Positions 1-9,386 of a DNA stretch of 64,000 nucleotides are shown piece by piece. Source of the DNA: an uncultured Chloroflexia bacterium (GTDB lineage Bacteria; Chloroflexota; Limnocylindria; Limnocylindrales; CSP1-4); NCBI GenBank assembly GCA_963707215.1, contig CAVPPB010000003.1, forward strand, positions 832,001-896,000. Direction: 5' to 3'. A program made the position numbers and the translations under genes. The notes beneath the pieces were generated by a model. It worked only from the letters and a program-made list of their open reading frames with translations. It searched no databases and had not been told where the DNA came from. Every line of letters starts with the position of its first letter. Position 1 is the stretch's first letter.

Positions 1-1344
1 AACGTGGGCTCGATCAGCCTCTGGAGCCACGACTCGGGCTCGTCGCGCTTCTTCGAAGAGGGCTACCAGCTCGAATGGACCGGCCGCGTCCGCGAGGCGA
101 CGAGCAAGCCGATCGTCGGGGTGGGCCGGCTGACCAGCCCGGACCTGATGGCGAAGATCGTCCGCTCCGGCGCCTGGGACCTGGTCGGGGCGGCCCGCCC
201 GTCGATCGCCGACCCGTTCCTGCCGACGAAGATCGCCGAGGGGCGGACCGACGAGATCCGCGAGTGCACCGGCTCGAACGTCTGCATCATGAAGGTGGAC
301 GGCTTCGGCCACCTCGGCTGCATCCAGAACCCGACCGCCGGCGAGGAGCACCGCCGCGGCTGGCACCCCGAACGGGTCGATCCGGCGGCCGACCCGACGA
401 CTCCGATCCTGGTCGTGGGCGCCGGGGCCGCCGGTCTCGAGTGCGCGGTCACCCTCGGCCGCCGTGGCTTCGAGCTCGTCCACCTCGTCGAGGCCGAGCG
501 CGAGCTCGGCGGGAAGCTGCGCTGGATGCGCCGGCTGCCCGGGCTCGGCGACTGGGGCCGGATCGTCGACCACCGCCGGGTCCTGCTCGACAAGCTCGCC
601 AACGTGGCAGTCGTGACCGGCCGCCACCTCTCGGCCGACGAGGTCCGCGACTACGGCGCCGCGATCGTCGTGCTCGCCACGGGCTCGCACTGGTCGGGCG
701 AGGGCCTCCAGGCGAACACGCACGAGCCGATCGAGGGTGCCGACCCCTCCCTTCCCCACGTCATGACGCCCGAGCAGGTCACCGTCGAGGGCAAGCGCCC
801 ACCGGGCCGACGGATCGTCGTCTACGACGGCGAGGGCTACGCCACCGCGCCAGGGATCGCCCAGCTTCTGGCCGCCGACGGCCTGGAGGTCACCTTCGTC
901 ACGCCGCTGGAGGTCGTCTCGCCGGAGTCCGACCTGACCCTGGAGGGGTCGCTGCTGCGGCGCGCCCTCCACGACGCCGGGGTCCGGATGACGACCGCCG
1001 TGACGATCACCGCGATCGAGCCGGGGCGGGTGACCGGGGAGACGGAGTTCGAGGAGCCGTGGGCACTCGAAACCGACGGGATCGTCCTGGTCACCCAGCA
1101 GGTCTCCGATGATGCGCTCTACCGCGAGCTGGTCGGGGACCCCGAGGCCCTGGCGGCCGCCGGCATCGCCCGGGTCGTCCGGATCGGTGACGCCGTGGCC
1201 CCGCGGATGCTCTCCGAGGCGGTCTTCGAGGGCCACCGGGCGGCCCGCGAGATCGAGCTCGCGGACCCGATGGCGGTCCGCCTCTTCGACCGCGAGCGCC
1301 GGGTACCTGACGTGGCAGCGGCGGCCGAGCGAGCGAGCGCGTGA
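1..1344 (+). CDS. Trimethylamine/dimethylamine/histamine dehydrogenase-like NADH:flavin oxidoreductase (OYE family), C-terminal part; 5' end outside window
   Basis: Open frame from base 1; GAARPSIADPFLP, RECTGSNVC...CIQNPTAGEEHRRGWHPE (TMADH-type Fe-S region), VVGAGAAGLE ADP-binding motif, RIGDAVAPR. Confidence 0.85.
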   Translation, partial: NVGSISLWSHDSGSSRFFEEGYQLEWTGRVREATSKPIVGVGRLTSPDLMAKIVRSGAWDLVGAARPSIADPFLPTKIAEGRTDEIRECTGSNVCIMKVDGFGHLGCIQNPTAGEEHRRGWHPERVDPAADPTTPILVVGAGAAGLECAVTLGRRGFELVHLVEAERELGGKLRWMRRLPGLGDWGRIVDHRRVLLDKLANVAVVTGRHLSADEVRDYGAAIVVLATGSHWSGEGLQANTHEPIEGADPSLPHVMTPEQVTVEGKRPPGRRIVVYDGEGYATAPGIAQLLAADGLEVTFVTPLEVVSPESDLTLEGSLLRRALHDAGVRMTTAVTITAIEPGRVTGETEFEEPWALETDGIVLVTQQVSDDALYRELVGDPEALAAAGIARVVRIGDAVAPRMLSEAVFEGHRAAREIELADPMAVRLFDRERRVPDVAAAAERASA

Positions 1345-1366
1345 CGACGAGGGCGAGGAGGCCGCG

Positions 1367-1768
1367 ATGAGCGATGCAAGACGGGTCCGCCAGCTGCGCC
1401 TGGTCGTGACCGCCGAGGACTACGACGAGGCGCTGCGGTTCTACCGCGACGTCCTGGGGATGCCCCAGGAGGCAGCCTTCGTGGCCGAGGGCGGCCGGGT
1501 CACGATCCTGGACGCCGGACGGGCGACGCTCGAGCTGACGGATCCGGTCCACGCCGCCTACATCGACCGGGTGGAGGTCGGTCGCCGGGTCGCCGGCCAC
1601 ATCCGGGTCGCGATCGAGGTCGACGACTCGCGCGCCGCGACGGACGCGGCGGTCGCCGCCGGGGCAGAGCTGGTCGCCGCCCCGGTCCGCACGCCCTGGG
1701 ACTCGCTCAACGCCAGGCTCCAGGGACCGGCAGGGCTCCAGCTGACGCTGTTCACCGAGCTGGGATGA
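1367..1768 (+). CDS. VOC/glyoxalase-family protein
   Basis: ATG 1367 after GAGGAGG; RQLRLVV..DYDEALRFYRDVLG and PVRTPW..NARL..P.GLQLTLF typical of the VOC fold. Confidence 0.85.
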   Translation: MSDARRVRQLRLVVTAEDYDEALRFYRDVLGMPQEAAFVAEGGRVTILDAGRATLELTDPVHAAYIDRVEVGRRVAGHIRVAIEVDDSRAATDAAVAAGAELVAAPVRTPWDSLNARLQGPAGLQLTLFTELG

Positions 1769-1779
1769 GGGTCGGGCCC

Positions 1780-2274
1780 ATGAAGACGCTGCTCGGCATG
1801 CTGCCCTGGGCCATCGTCCTGGCCATCGGCGGGGTCGTCATCTGGTTCGTGCTCGACCGGCAGATAGCCGCCGGGCGGTGGCTGCTCGCCGGCCTGATCC
1901 TTGGCCATGGCCTGGTCCACGTGCTCTACCTGGTCCCCGCCCCGGCGGCCGGCTCGGGGGATGGGCCCCAGTGGCCGTTCGACCTCGGGCGAGGCTGGCT
2001 GGTCGAGTCGCTCGGCCCCGATCCGGGTCTCGTCCGGGCGGGCGCGATCGTCCTCATCGGGATCGTCGTCGTCGCCTTCGCCCTCGGGGCGCTCGCGACC
2101 GTCGGGATCGTGGTGCCGGTCGACTGGTGGGCGCCACTCGTCGTCGTCGGCTCGGTCGCCTCGCTCGTCCTGCTGGTCCTCGCCTTCCACCCGCAGCTCG
2201 TCCTGGGGATCGGCATCGATGTCGCCCTGCTGATCGTCGTCCTCGGCTCGCTCTGGAGTCCGGCGGCGACCTGA
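1780..2274 (+). CDS. Hypothetical integral membrane protein (~5 TM)
   Basis: Multiple hydrophobic stretches, HGLVH motif; start at 1780 or 1765 (latter overlaps the upstream stop). Confidence 0.7.
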   Translation: MKTLLGMLPWAIVLAIGGVVIWFVLDRQIAAGRWLLAGLILGHGLVHVLYLVPAPAAGSGDGPQWPFDLGRGWLVESLGPDPGLVRAGAIVLIGIVVVAFALGALATVGIVVPVDWWAPLVVVGSVASLVLLVLAFHPQLVLGIGIDVALLIVVLGSLWSPAAT

Positions 2275-2465
2275 CGAGCCCAGCCTGATCCGCGGGCACG
2301 CTCGGAACGGAAGCCCACGGCCTGCCAACGGCGGTACGTCGCGTGGAACGCGGCCGTGAGATCGGCGCGCGGCCTGCTCGCGGAGATTGAACGAGGGGGC
2401 CTGTCGGGGCCGTCATTACCAGCAGGGTCGATCGGCCCTGAAGTGCCCTCGATAGGAGGCGTCCC

Positions 2466-3383
2466 ATGTCCAGCCAGCCAACCGGCGGATCACGGCGAGG
2501 GGTCGCGATCGCGCTGGCAACGGTGGTCCTGCTCACGGCCGGCCTGGCCGGCTCGGCGGCGGCCATGCAGTTCGGGCCCTGGCGAACGGCGGTCTCGGCG
2601 GAGAGCCTGCCCGGCACCAGCTCCGCCCTGAACTCGGCCTTCAACGACGGCTGCCCGATCCAGGCACCCGACGGGCTCAGCCTGTACCAGGCCTCGAACC
2701 GCCCCGACGGCCTTGGCGGCATCGATATCTGGGTCGCCACCCGGTCCAGCACCGCGGAGCCGTTCGGGGCCCCGGTCAACCTCGGCGCTCCCATCAACAG
2801 TGCCGCCGACGACTTCTGTCCGACCCCGGTCCGCGGCAAGGGTCTCTTCTTCGTCAGCTCGCGGGCCGTCGCCGGGGCCTGCGGCGGGCCGGACATCTAC
2901 TTCAGCCGCGACAATCCGGCCCACGGCTGGACGGCACCCGTCAACCTCGGTTGCCAGGTCAACAGCCCCGCGGGCGAGGCGGGGCCGTCGTACTTCGAGG
3001 CCGGCGGGTCGGCCTACCTGTACTTCTCGAGCGGGCCGGACCTCTACATGAGCGTCCGCGGTGCCGACGGCACGTGGGGGCCGCGGAGCGCGGTCAGCGA
3101 GCTCAACTCGGCGTCTGCGGACCTGCGACCCAACGTCCGCAAGGGCGGGCTCGAGATCGTCTTCGACTCGGATCGGCCGGGCACGCTCGGCGGCCCGGAC
3201 CTCTGGTTCGCCACCCGGGCCAGCGTCCACGACTCCTGGTCGACGCCGGTCAACGCAGGCCCCGCGATCAACACCGCCGCCGGCGAGACCCGTGGCTCGT
3301 TCAGCTGGGACGGCGCCACGCTCTACTTCGGGCGTGGGCCCGGCCCCGACGGCGGCTCCGACATCTTCGTCACGACCCGCTAG
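2466..3383 (+). CDS. Secreted PD40/TolB-like beta-propeller repeat protein
   Basis: GGAGG RBS; signal peptide (SRRGVAIALATVV...AAA); repeated units APDGLSLYQASNRPDGLGGIDIW / FDSDRPGTLGGPDLW / SWDGATLYF. Confidence 0.8.
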   Translation: MSSQPTGGSRRGVAIALATVVLLTAGLAGSAAAMQFGPWRTAVSAESLPGTSSALNSAFNDGCPIQAPDGLSLYQASNRPDGLGGIDIWVATRSSTAEPFGAPVNLGAPINSAADDFCPTPVRGKGLFFVSSRAVAGACGGPDIYFSRDNPAHGWTAPVNLGCQVNSPAGEAGPSYFEAGGSAYLYFSSGPDLYMSVRGADGTWGPRSAVSELNSASADLRPNVRKGGLEIVFDSDRPGTLGGPDLWFATRASVHDSWSTPVNAGPAINTAAGETRGSFSWDGATLYFGRGPGPDGGSDIFVTTR

Positions 3384-3429
3384 CCCCTCCGAGGCGGTGC
3401 CGGCCCTGCCGGCCCCTCGCCAGGACACC

Positions 3430-3465
3430 GAGGAGCCCCGTCACCGGCTGGTGGCGGGGCTCCTC
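3430..3465. terminator. Hairpin between convergent genes (probable bidirectional terminator)
   Basis: GAGGAGCCCCGTCACC-GGCT-GGTGGCGGGGCTCCTC; 16-bp stem with one G-U pair, no long U tail. Confidence 0.6.
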
Positions 3466-3493
3466 CCTGGGTGCCGCTTCTGGTGCCGCCCCC

Positions 3494-3883
3494 TCAGCGG
3501 CCGATCAGACGGGCGAGCACCTCGTAGCCCTCGGCCGTCCCAGGCCAGCGTCGGCGCAGCTCGTCGCCGCCCATCGTCGCCCGGACGAAGCGCAGGACGA
3601 GCACCGCGACGATGACGTCGTCGAGCGGCCCCAGGACCGGGATGAACTCGGGGACGAGATCGATCGGCATCACGAGCCAGGCGACGAGGAAGACGAGGGC
3701 CAGCCGGACCCGGAGCGGGACGGTCCTGTCGGCCACGAGGTCGCGCCCCAGGCGAAGCACATCGGGCACGACCGAGACCACGGCGCCGAGGCCGACATCC
3801 TGCGGCCGGGCCAGGTAGAGCAGGACGAGGAGCAGCGCCCAGACCGCGATGAGCCCGAGGGCGACGCCGAGGACGATCTCGAT
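3494..3883 (-). CDS. DUF1232/YkvA-family membrane protein; probable non-canonical ATC start
   Basis: PIDLVPEFIPVLGPLDD signature, RRWPGT C-terminus; frame open to 3907 with a TM helix upstream of the track start at 3781; GGAGGT 6 nt before ATC 3883. Confidence 0.75.
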   Translation of the reverse strand: MEIVLGVALGLIAVWALLLVLLYLARPQDVGLGAVVSVVPDVLRLGRDLVADRTVPLRVRLALVFLVAWLVMPIDLVPEFIPVLGPLDDVIVAVLVLRFVRATMGGDELRRRWPGTAEGYEVLARLIGR

Positions 3884-3907
3884 GGCAGGACCTCCGGTGG
3901 ACGCGCC

Positions 3908-4567
3908 TCAGGGCTCGCTGCGGTCTTCTATCTCCCAGGCGTGGTCGAGCGCGTGCCAGGCGATCCGCCGAGCGGCGTAGCGCTGGGGCCAGTGGCGCCC
4001 GGCGAGCGACGACCCGTCAGACGGCGCCCGGAGCACGTCGAGCATGGCGGCCCGCATCGCCGCGATCCCGGCGTCGTCCCACGGGACCGCCGGACGGAGC
4101 CGCACCCCGATCTCCCTGGCGTAGGCCGCGTCGGCTTCGACGACGTGGGCGACGATCTTCGAGCGGTCCCGGCCGCCCCCGCGGGGACCCCTCCGGAGGA
4201 CCTCGGGCGCCGCCGTCGCGACATCGTCGAAGGTCGCCCAAGCCGCCGCCACGATGGCCGCCAGTCGCTCGGCCTCGGCTCGGTCGACCGGCGCTCGATC
4301 GGCCTCGGCGATCGCGCTCGGCACGCCGAAGTCGGTCCCGGAGCCGCCGACCAGCCGCTCCGCGATCTCGACGCCGGCCGGGTCCGGGATCGGCGCGAGC
4401 CCGGCCCGCTCCACGACCGACGCATACCGGGGCGCGGCCGCAAGGAGCGCCTCGATCGCGAGCGGTTCGTCCTTCCCAGCGCGCGCCCAGCCGGGCCGGT
4501 CGAGGGCGATGGCGAAGGTCCGCCGATGGGCGACCTCCACCGCGAGACGCAGGGGCTCCGGCTCCAC
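3908..4567 (-). CDS. Conserved hypothetical protein (HicB-like N-terminus, DinB-like His-containing C-terminus)
   Basis: RTFAIALDRPGWARAGKDE; RGGGRDRSKIVAHV; WPQRYAARRIAWHALDHAWEIEDR; GTG 6 nt after TACGAT. Confidence 0.7.
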   Translation of the reverse strand: MEPEPLRLAVEVAHRRTFAIALDRPGWARAGKDEPLAIEALLAAAPRYASVVERAGLAPIPDPAGVEIAERLVGGSGTDFGVPSAIAEADRAPVDRAEAERLAAIVAAAWATFDDVATAAPEVLRRGPRGGGRDRSKIVAHVVEADAAYAREIGVRLRPAVPWDDAGIAAMRAAMLDVLRAPSDGSSLAGRHWPQRYAARRIAWHALDHAWEIEDRSEP

Positions 4568-4636
4568 GGGTCCATCGTACGCCCGGCCGCGGGGGCGCGG
4601 GTCCCGGCGCACCGAGCGTCGCCTGGTCGCGACCCG

Positions 4637-5446
4637 CTAACGGACGACGACCTCGGGCGGCTCGATGGCGTACGGCTCCGTCGCCCCGGAGACCGAGTCG
4701 ACCTTGAAGGCCAGCGACGGCGCCACGTCCGTCCCGCGATGGCGGAGGTGGACCTCGGACCAGTCGTACGGGGCGATCATGTTGTGCCAGGCGATCGTCA
4801 TCTCCCAGTCGTCCGACCAGTAGGCGTAGTGCGAGACGACGAGGAGCGTCGAGACGAACTCCGGGTCCCAGGCCGTGTCGGCGGTGATGCCCAGCTCGGG
4901 ATGCTCGGCGACGAGCCAGGCGAGCCAGCGCTCGAAGTGGGGCTGGGCGTCGGCGCCTCGCTCGTCGGCCATCGGGAAGATGGGCAGCGAGCGCGTCTCG
5001 GTCTGGGTCGCTCCGTCACGGGAGGCGGAGATGGTGACCGAGGCGGTCGTCTCCGTCGTGGCCGGGTCGGGCACGACCCAGACCTCCCCGACGACCCCCG
5101 GCAGCAGCTCGGTCGGCAGGATGCGCTCGACCGTGGCGCCATCGGCCGTCGCCTCGATGGTGACCGGGGCGGCGCCGTCGGCCGGACCCTCGACGGTGAC
5201 GAGGAAGCAGACCCGCTGGCCAGGGATGGCCATCCGGACCTCTGGCGGATCCTCGGGTGGGACGACGACGAGGCCGAGCTTGGGATCCCCGGACGACGGG
5301 GACGGCTCCGCGGATGGCAGGGGCGAGACGTCGGGCGGCAGCGAGCGGTCCGGCGATGGGGAGAGGCTCGGCGCCTCTGAGCCGGTGCAGCCGGCCAGCG
5401 CCAGGCCGAGGCCGACGAGGATGGGGAGAGACCGGGTGGCGCGCAT
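4637..5446 (-). CDS. Hypothetical lipoprotein
   Basis: Signal peptide with lipobox LAGC, followed by a Ser/Pro-rich linker and a globular domain. Confidence 0.75.
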   Translation of the reverse strand: MRATRSLPILVGLGLALAGCTGSEAPSLSPSPDRSLPPDVSPLPSAEPSPSSGDPKLGLVVVPPEDPPEVRMAIPGQRVCFLVTVEGPADGAAPVTIEATADGATVERILPTELLPGVVGEVWVVPDPATTETTASVTISASRDGATQTETRSLPIFPMADERGADAQPHFERWLAWLVAEHPELGITADTAWDPEFVSTLLVVSHYAYWSDDWEMTIAWHNMIAPYDWSEVHLRHRGTDVAPSLAFKVDSVSGATEPYAIEPPEVVVR

Positions 5447-5489
5447 CGTTCGAGGCTCCCTGTGGACGCACTCGGGACGCCGTCGGTAT

Positions 5490-5515
5490 GACGCCGCCGA
5501 TCGGTCAGCGGTTGC
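5490..5515 (-). promoter_or_regulatory. Putative ECF sigma promoter (GCAACC-N16-CGTC) for the lipoprotein gene
   Basis: Minus strand GCAACC gctgaccgatcggcgg CGTC about 45 nt upstream of ATG 5446; resembles Streptomyces SigE-type promoters. Confidence 0.4.
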
Positions 5516-5548
5516 CGGCGTTCCGCGGCCCGCCCTCCCCGACCCCGC

Positions 5549-6724
5549 TCAGCCCTCTCGGAGCGCCTCGACCATCGCCAGGACGTTCTCCGGAGGGGCG
5601 TCCGGCTGGACGTTGTGGACCGCCGCGAAGACGAAGCCGCCGCCTGGCGCCAGGTCACCGACCCGCCGCCGCACCTCCGCCCGCACCTCCTCCGGCGTGC
5701 CGAAAGGCAGGACCCGCTGGGTGTCGACGCCGCCGCCCCAGAAGACGAGGTCGCGGCCGTACTCCCGCTTCAGCTCGGCGGTGTCCATGCCGGCCGCCGA
5801 GACCTGGACCGGGTTGAGGACGTCGACCCCGATCTCGATGAGGTCAGGGATGAGCTCCCGGATCGCCCCGCACGAGTGGAAGAAGACCTTCGCGTCGGTG
5901 CGAGCGTGCAGGAACTCGAACAGCCGCCGATGGAGCGGCTTGACCAGCTCCCGGTAGGTCGCCGGGGAGAAGAGGGTCCGCTCCTGTCCGCCCAGGTCGT
6001 CCGCCTCACCGACGACGTCGACCAGGCCGTCGAGCTCCGCCAGGATCCGCTCCCAGTAGGCCAGCTTGATCTCCAGGATCCGCTCCATGATCCGGCCGGC
6101 CCGGGCCTGGTCGGCCTTGAGGTCGATGTAGCCGTCCTCGAAGCCGCGGAGCTTGAAGAGCCCCTCGGTCAGACCCCCGCAGATCGACCCGACGTGGACC
6201 GCCCGTCGCTCCTCATCGGAGATCCGGCGGGCCGTCTCGACCATCCCCTCGAAGCGAGCCGGATCGGTCGGATCGGGCCAGGCGTAGGTGGCGATCGCCC
6301 GCTCGTCGATCTCGCCGGCCAGCGGCGGGGCCACCGGATCGAAGTACAGCCCACCGTCGCGGGGCATCTTCCGCCCGACGCCCCACTCATCGACGAAGGT
6401 CAGGTAGCGGCCATCGTCCCGCAGCTCGCGGCGGTAGGTCGAGGCTGACCGGGGGGCCACCAGCCGAACGTCGACCCCGAGCGCGTCGAGGACGTCGTCC
6501 TCGACCTCGGCCAGCTGCTGGGTGACGTCGCCGATGCGCGGCTCGCCGACCGGCAGCCCCAAGGCAGAGCGGAGCCGGGCATACGCTCGGACATGGATCC
6601 CGGTGACCCGCGAGCCACCGAGGTCGAGCGGGATCCGGTCGGGCTCGCGATGCGCAAGGGCGTCGCGGACGCGGCCGCGACCGTCCGACCCGGGCGACGG
6701 CGCCGCCGAACCGTCGCCGCTCAT
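5549..6724 (-). CDS. Uroporphyrinogen decarboxylase (URO-D)/MtaA-like family protein (not HemE)
   Basis: [23 protein letters not shown]...[35 protein letters not shown]. Confidence 0.85.
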   Translation of the reverse strand: MSGDGSAAPSPGSDGRGRVRDALAHREPDRIPLDLGGSRVTGIHVRAYARLRSALGLPVGEPRIGDVTQQLAEVEDDVLDALGVDVRLVAPRSASTYRRELRDDGRYLTFVDEWGVGRKMPRDGGLYFDPVAPPLAGEIDERAIATYAWPDPTDPARFEGMVETARRISDEERRAVHVGSICGGLTEGLFKLRGFEDGYIDLKADQARAGRIMERILEIKLAYWERILAELDGLVDVVGEADDLGGQERTLFSPATYRELVKPLHRRLFEFLHARTDAKVFFHSCGAIRELIPDLIEIGVDVLNPVQVSAAGMDTAELKREYGRDLVFWGGGVDTQRVLPFGTPEEVRAEVRRRVGDLAPGGGFVFAAVHNVQPDAPPENVLAMVEALREG

Positions 6725-7464
6725 CGAGGACGGGGGCCCTCGGTCGACGGTTCCTCGACATCGAAGCGGACATCGAGAGCGTACCGATCGGCCGGGTAGC
6801 GGGACTCGGTCAGCTCGATCCGTCGCCCGTGCGCATCCTGGATGATGCGCCGCTCGACGAGGAGCGGATGGCCCGGCGCGACCCCGAGCCGGGCGGCGTC
6901 GTCCCCGCTGGCCGCGGCCGCCCCGATGGTCGCGAGACCGCGCCGCAGCACGATCCCCTGCCCCGCCAGCGCCTCGTGGAGCGACCCGGTCTCGAGGTCC
7001 GCCGTCATGACCGCCGACGCACAGGCCTCGACGAGGACCGCCGTCTCCAGGGCGGTCGGCTGGTCGTCGGCGCAGCGGACCCGCCGGAGCACGATGACGG
7101 GACTGCCCTCGCGAAGGTCGAGGGCCGCCGCCTCGTCGGCGGTCGCCGGCCGGATCCGCCGCTCCAGCAGCCTCGAGCTCGGCCGGCGGCCGCGGCGACG
7201 CATCTCGCTGGAGAAGGTCAGGAGGCGATTGGCGCGCCGGTGATCAGGCGGCTCGGCGACGAAGCTGCCGCGCCCCGGCTGACGGATCACCAACCCCTCG
7301 TCGGTCAGGCGTTGCACGGCGTTGCGGGCGGTCATCCGGCTGACCCCGAACTCGGCGCACAGGTCAGCGTCGGAGGGCAGCCGGTCACCCGGCTTGAGCC
7401 CGGCGGTGCGTTCACGCAGGGCCTGTTCGATCCGCCGGTAGCGGGGCACGTAGTCGCGCGTCAT
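6721..7464 (-). CDS. GntR-family (HutC/DasR-type, UTRA domain) transcriptional regulator
   Basis: [25 protein letters not shown]...GRGSFV HTH followed by a UTRA domain; ATG 7464 overlaps the ROK stop. Confidence 0.9.
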   Translation of the reverse strand: MTRDYVPRYRRIEQALRERTAGLKPGDRLPSDADLCAEFGVSRMTARNAVQRLTDEGLVIRQPGRGSFVAEPPDHRRANRLLTFSSEMRRRGRRPSSRLLERRIRPATADEAAALDLREGSPVIVLRRVRCADDQPTALETAVLVEACASAVMTADLETGSLHEALAGQGIVLRRGLATIGAAAASGDDAARLGVAPGHPLLVERRIIQDAHGRRIELTESRYPADRYALDVRFDVEEPSTEGPRPR

Positions 7465-8387
7465 CGATCGGTGTCCCCGGCTCGCTCCGCCCCGTGAACG
7501 GCCGCGCCGATCGCTCCGGCCCAGGTGCCGAGCTCCGCCGTGACCAGCTCGACGTCGTCGAGGGAGGTCACTCGCACGCGAAGGCGCAGCTCCGCCCGGA
7601 TCGGCTCGAGCAGCAGGTCCCCGGCACTGGCGACCCCGCCGCCGATCACGACCCGATCGGGATTGGCGACCACGACCGCGTTGGCGATGCCGATCCCGAG
7701 GTAGCGGCCGACCTCTGCCAGGCCGGCCACGGCGGCCACGTCGCCGGCCCGGGCTCGCTCGACGGCCTCCTCGACGGTCGCCGTCCCACAGGCAGCGGCG
7801 ATCCGATCGGCCCTGGCGTACGCCTCGACGCAGCCACGATTGCCGCACGTGCACGGCGGCCCGTCCGGGTCGATGGTCTGGTGGCCGAGCTCACCGCCGG
7901 TCCCGTCACGGCCCTGGTGGACCCGGCCATCGATGGCGATGACACCGCCGACGCCCGTGCCGAGCGTCAGCCCGATCATCGACCGGGCACCCCGCGCGGC
8001 GCCCATCCGGAGCTCGGCGAGCCCGAAGGCCCGGGCATCGTTGATCAGCGCCGTCGGTCGGCCGGACGCATCGGCCACGGGCCCGGCGACGGGCCGGCCA
8101 TCCCATGCTCCCGGGAGGTTCGGCAGGAAGCGGGTCCGGCCGGTTGCGGGGTCGTACAGGCCCGGGACGCCGATCCCGACCGTGGCGATATTCGGCCGAT
8201 CCCCCACCGCCGACCGGGCCACCTCGACCAGTCGCGCGACGACGGCGTCGGGCCCCTCGTCTCCCTGGGTGGGGGTCTGGCCGCGATCGACCGGGCTCCA
8301 GGCCTCGCCGTGGCGCTCGACCACGACCCACTTGAGGTTCGTGGCGCCCAGGTCGAGCCCGAGATGGTGCGTGGCGCCGGCGCGCAT
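7461..8387 (-). CDS. ROK-family sugar kinase (glucokinase/GlcNAc kinase-like)
   Basis: [40 protein letters not shown] zinc motif. Confidence 0.9.
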   Translation of the reverse strand: MRAGATHHLGLDLGATNLKWVVVERHGEAWSPVDRGQTPTQGDEGPDAVVARLVEVARSAVGDRPNIATVGIGVPGLYDPATGRTRFLPNLPGAWDGRPVAGPVADASGRPTALINDARAFGLAELRMGAARGARSMIGLTLGTGVGGVIAIDGRVHQGRDGTGGELGHQTIDPDGPPCTCGNRGCVEAYARADRIAAACGTATVEEAVERARAGDVAAVAGLAEVGRYLGIGIANAVVVANPDRVVIGGGVASAGDLLLEPIRAELRLRVRVTSLDDVELVTAELGTWAGAIGAAVHGAERAGDTDR

Positions 8388-8424
8388 GCTCGTAGCCTAC
8401 CGAAGGCGGCAGGCCGCCTGCGGG

Positions 8425-9330
8425 TCAGTAGCCCACCGACGGGAGGTAGGCGCCGCGCGGCTCCTGGTAGATCCCGATCGCCATCAGGTTGACCTCGAAG
8501 AAGACCCGCAGCCCGTGGGCCAGCGACCAGCGCATGAGGTCGCCGTTCGTCACGGGCACGAGGAAGCCCGGGGTCCCGAAGTCTTCGGCCTCGCTGATGA
8601 GAGCGATGAGGTCGTCGTCCGTCTCGGCCACCGAGTGGGCGAAGTAGTTGATCTTCGTCGTGTAGCCGCTGATCCGGCCCAGTCGCTCGACGACCCGCAG
8701 GTCCCCGGACTCGATCGACTCCCGGACCTCGCCGGCCCGGGTGTGGCCGTGGACGCGCACACAGAGCGCGTTGCACGCGTCCTCGTCGTCCGGGGTGCCC
8801 GGACGGACGTCGTAGCCGGGCACCCGCTGACGCACCGGATCGCCGTACATCGCCGCGAAGGACTCCTTCACGTCCATCCCGAGCTTCGTGTACAGGCTCA
8901 GCGAGCGATTGTGATAGGCGATCTGGACGAGCCTGATCCCGGGCGTGCCGGTCTGGCGGGCGCGCCCGAAGGCGACCTCCATGAGCATCCGGCCCACGTG
9001 GTGATCCTGCTCGGCCGGCTCGACCGTGATCGGCCCGATGGCCGAGATGGTCCCCCGCTCGTCCATGTGGTTGCTGCCGATCACCCGCCCGTCCCGCTCG
9101 GCGACGACGCTGAAGAACCGGGGGTGGTTGATCATCCAGCGGATGGGCTGGGCGGCCGCCGCGATCGTCGGGAAGTCATGCGGGAAGCCATGGCGATCGG
9201 CCATATCGGCGAACGCGTCATGGCAGATGCGGCCGGCCTCCTCCCAGTCGGCATCGACCGCGAGGCGGATCCTGACGTCACCCGAGTCGGCGAGGATGGC
9301 CCCGTCCGTTTCGTTCGCCAGCAGGGTCAT
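8425..9330 (-). CDS. Two-domain GNAT N-acetyltransferase
   Basis: AAGGAAG RBS; IGPITVEPAEQDHHVGRMLM acetyl-CoA motif; NRSLSLYTKLG. Confidence 0.8.
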   Translation of the reverse strand: MTLLANETDGAILADSGDVRIRLAVDADWEEAGRICHDAFADMADRHGFPHDFPTIAAAAQPIRWMINHPRFFSVVAERDGRVIGSNHMDERGTISAIGPITVEPAEQDHHVGRMLMEVAFGRARQTGTPGIRLVQIAYHNRSLSLYTKLGMDVKESFAAMYGDPVRQRVPGYDVRPGTPDDEDACNALCVRVHGHTRAGEVRESIESGDLRVVERLGRISGYTTKINYFAHSVAETDDDLIALISEAEDFGTPGFLVPVTNGDLMRWSLAHGLRVFFEVNLMAIGIYQEPRGAYLPSVGY

Positions 9331-9386
9331 GACTTCCTTTCGGGACGCGCTGGGGGCGGACGACGTCCGCCCGGGGTCGACCGTGC

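Noticed and set aside
2951-5380. 809-aa plus-strand ORF and similar long ORFs (10010-12520, 10330-12447, 16108-18441, 25068-27047, 29869-32460, 34495-36543, 41829-44435, 49869-52547)
   Set aside because: Antisense or alternate-frame shadows of well-supported genes; Arg/Gly/Pro-rich with no motifs, as expected in stop-poor high-GC DNA.
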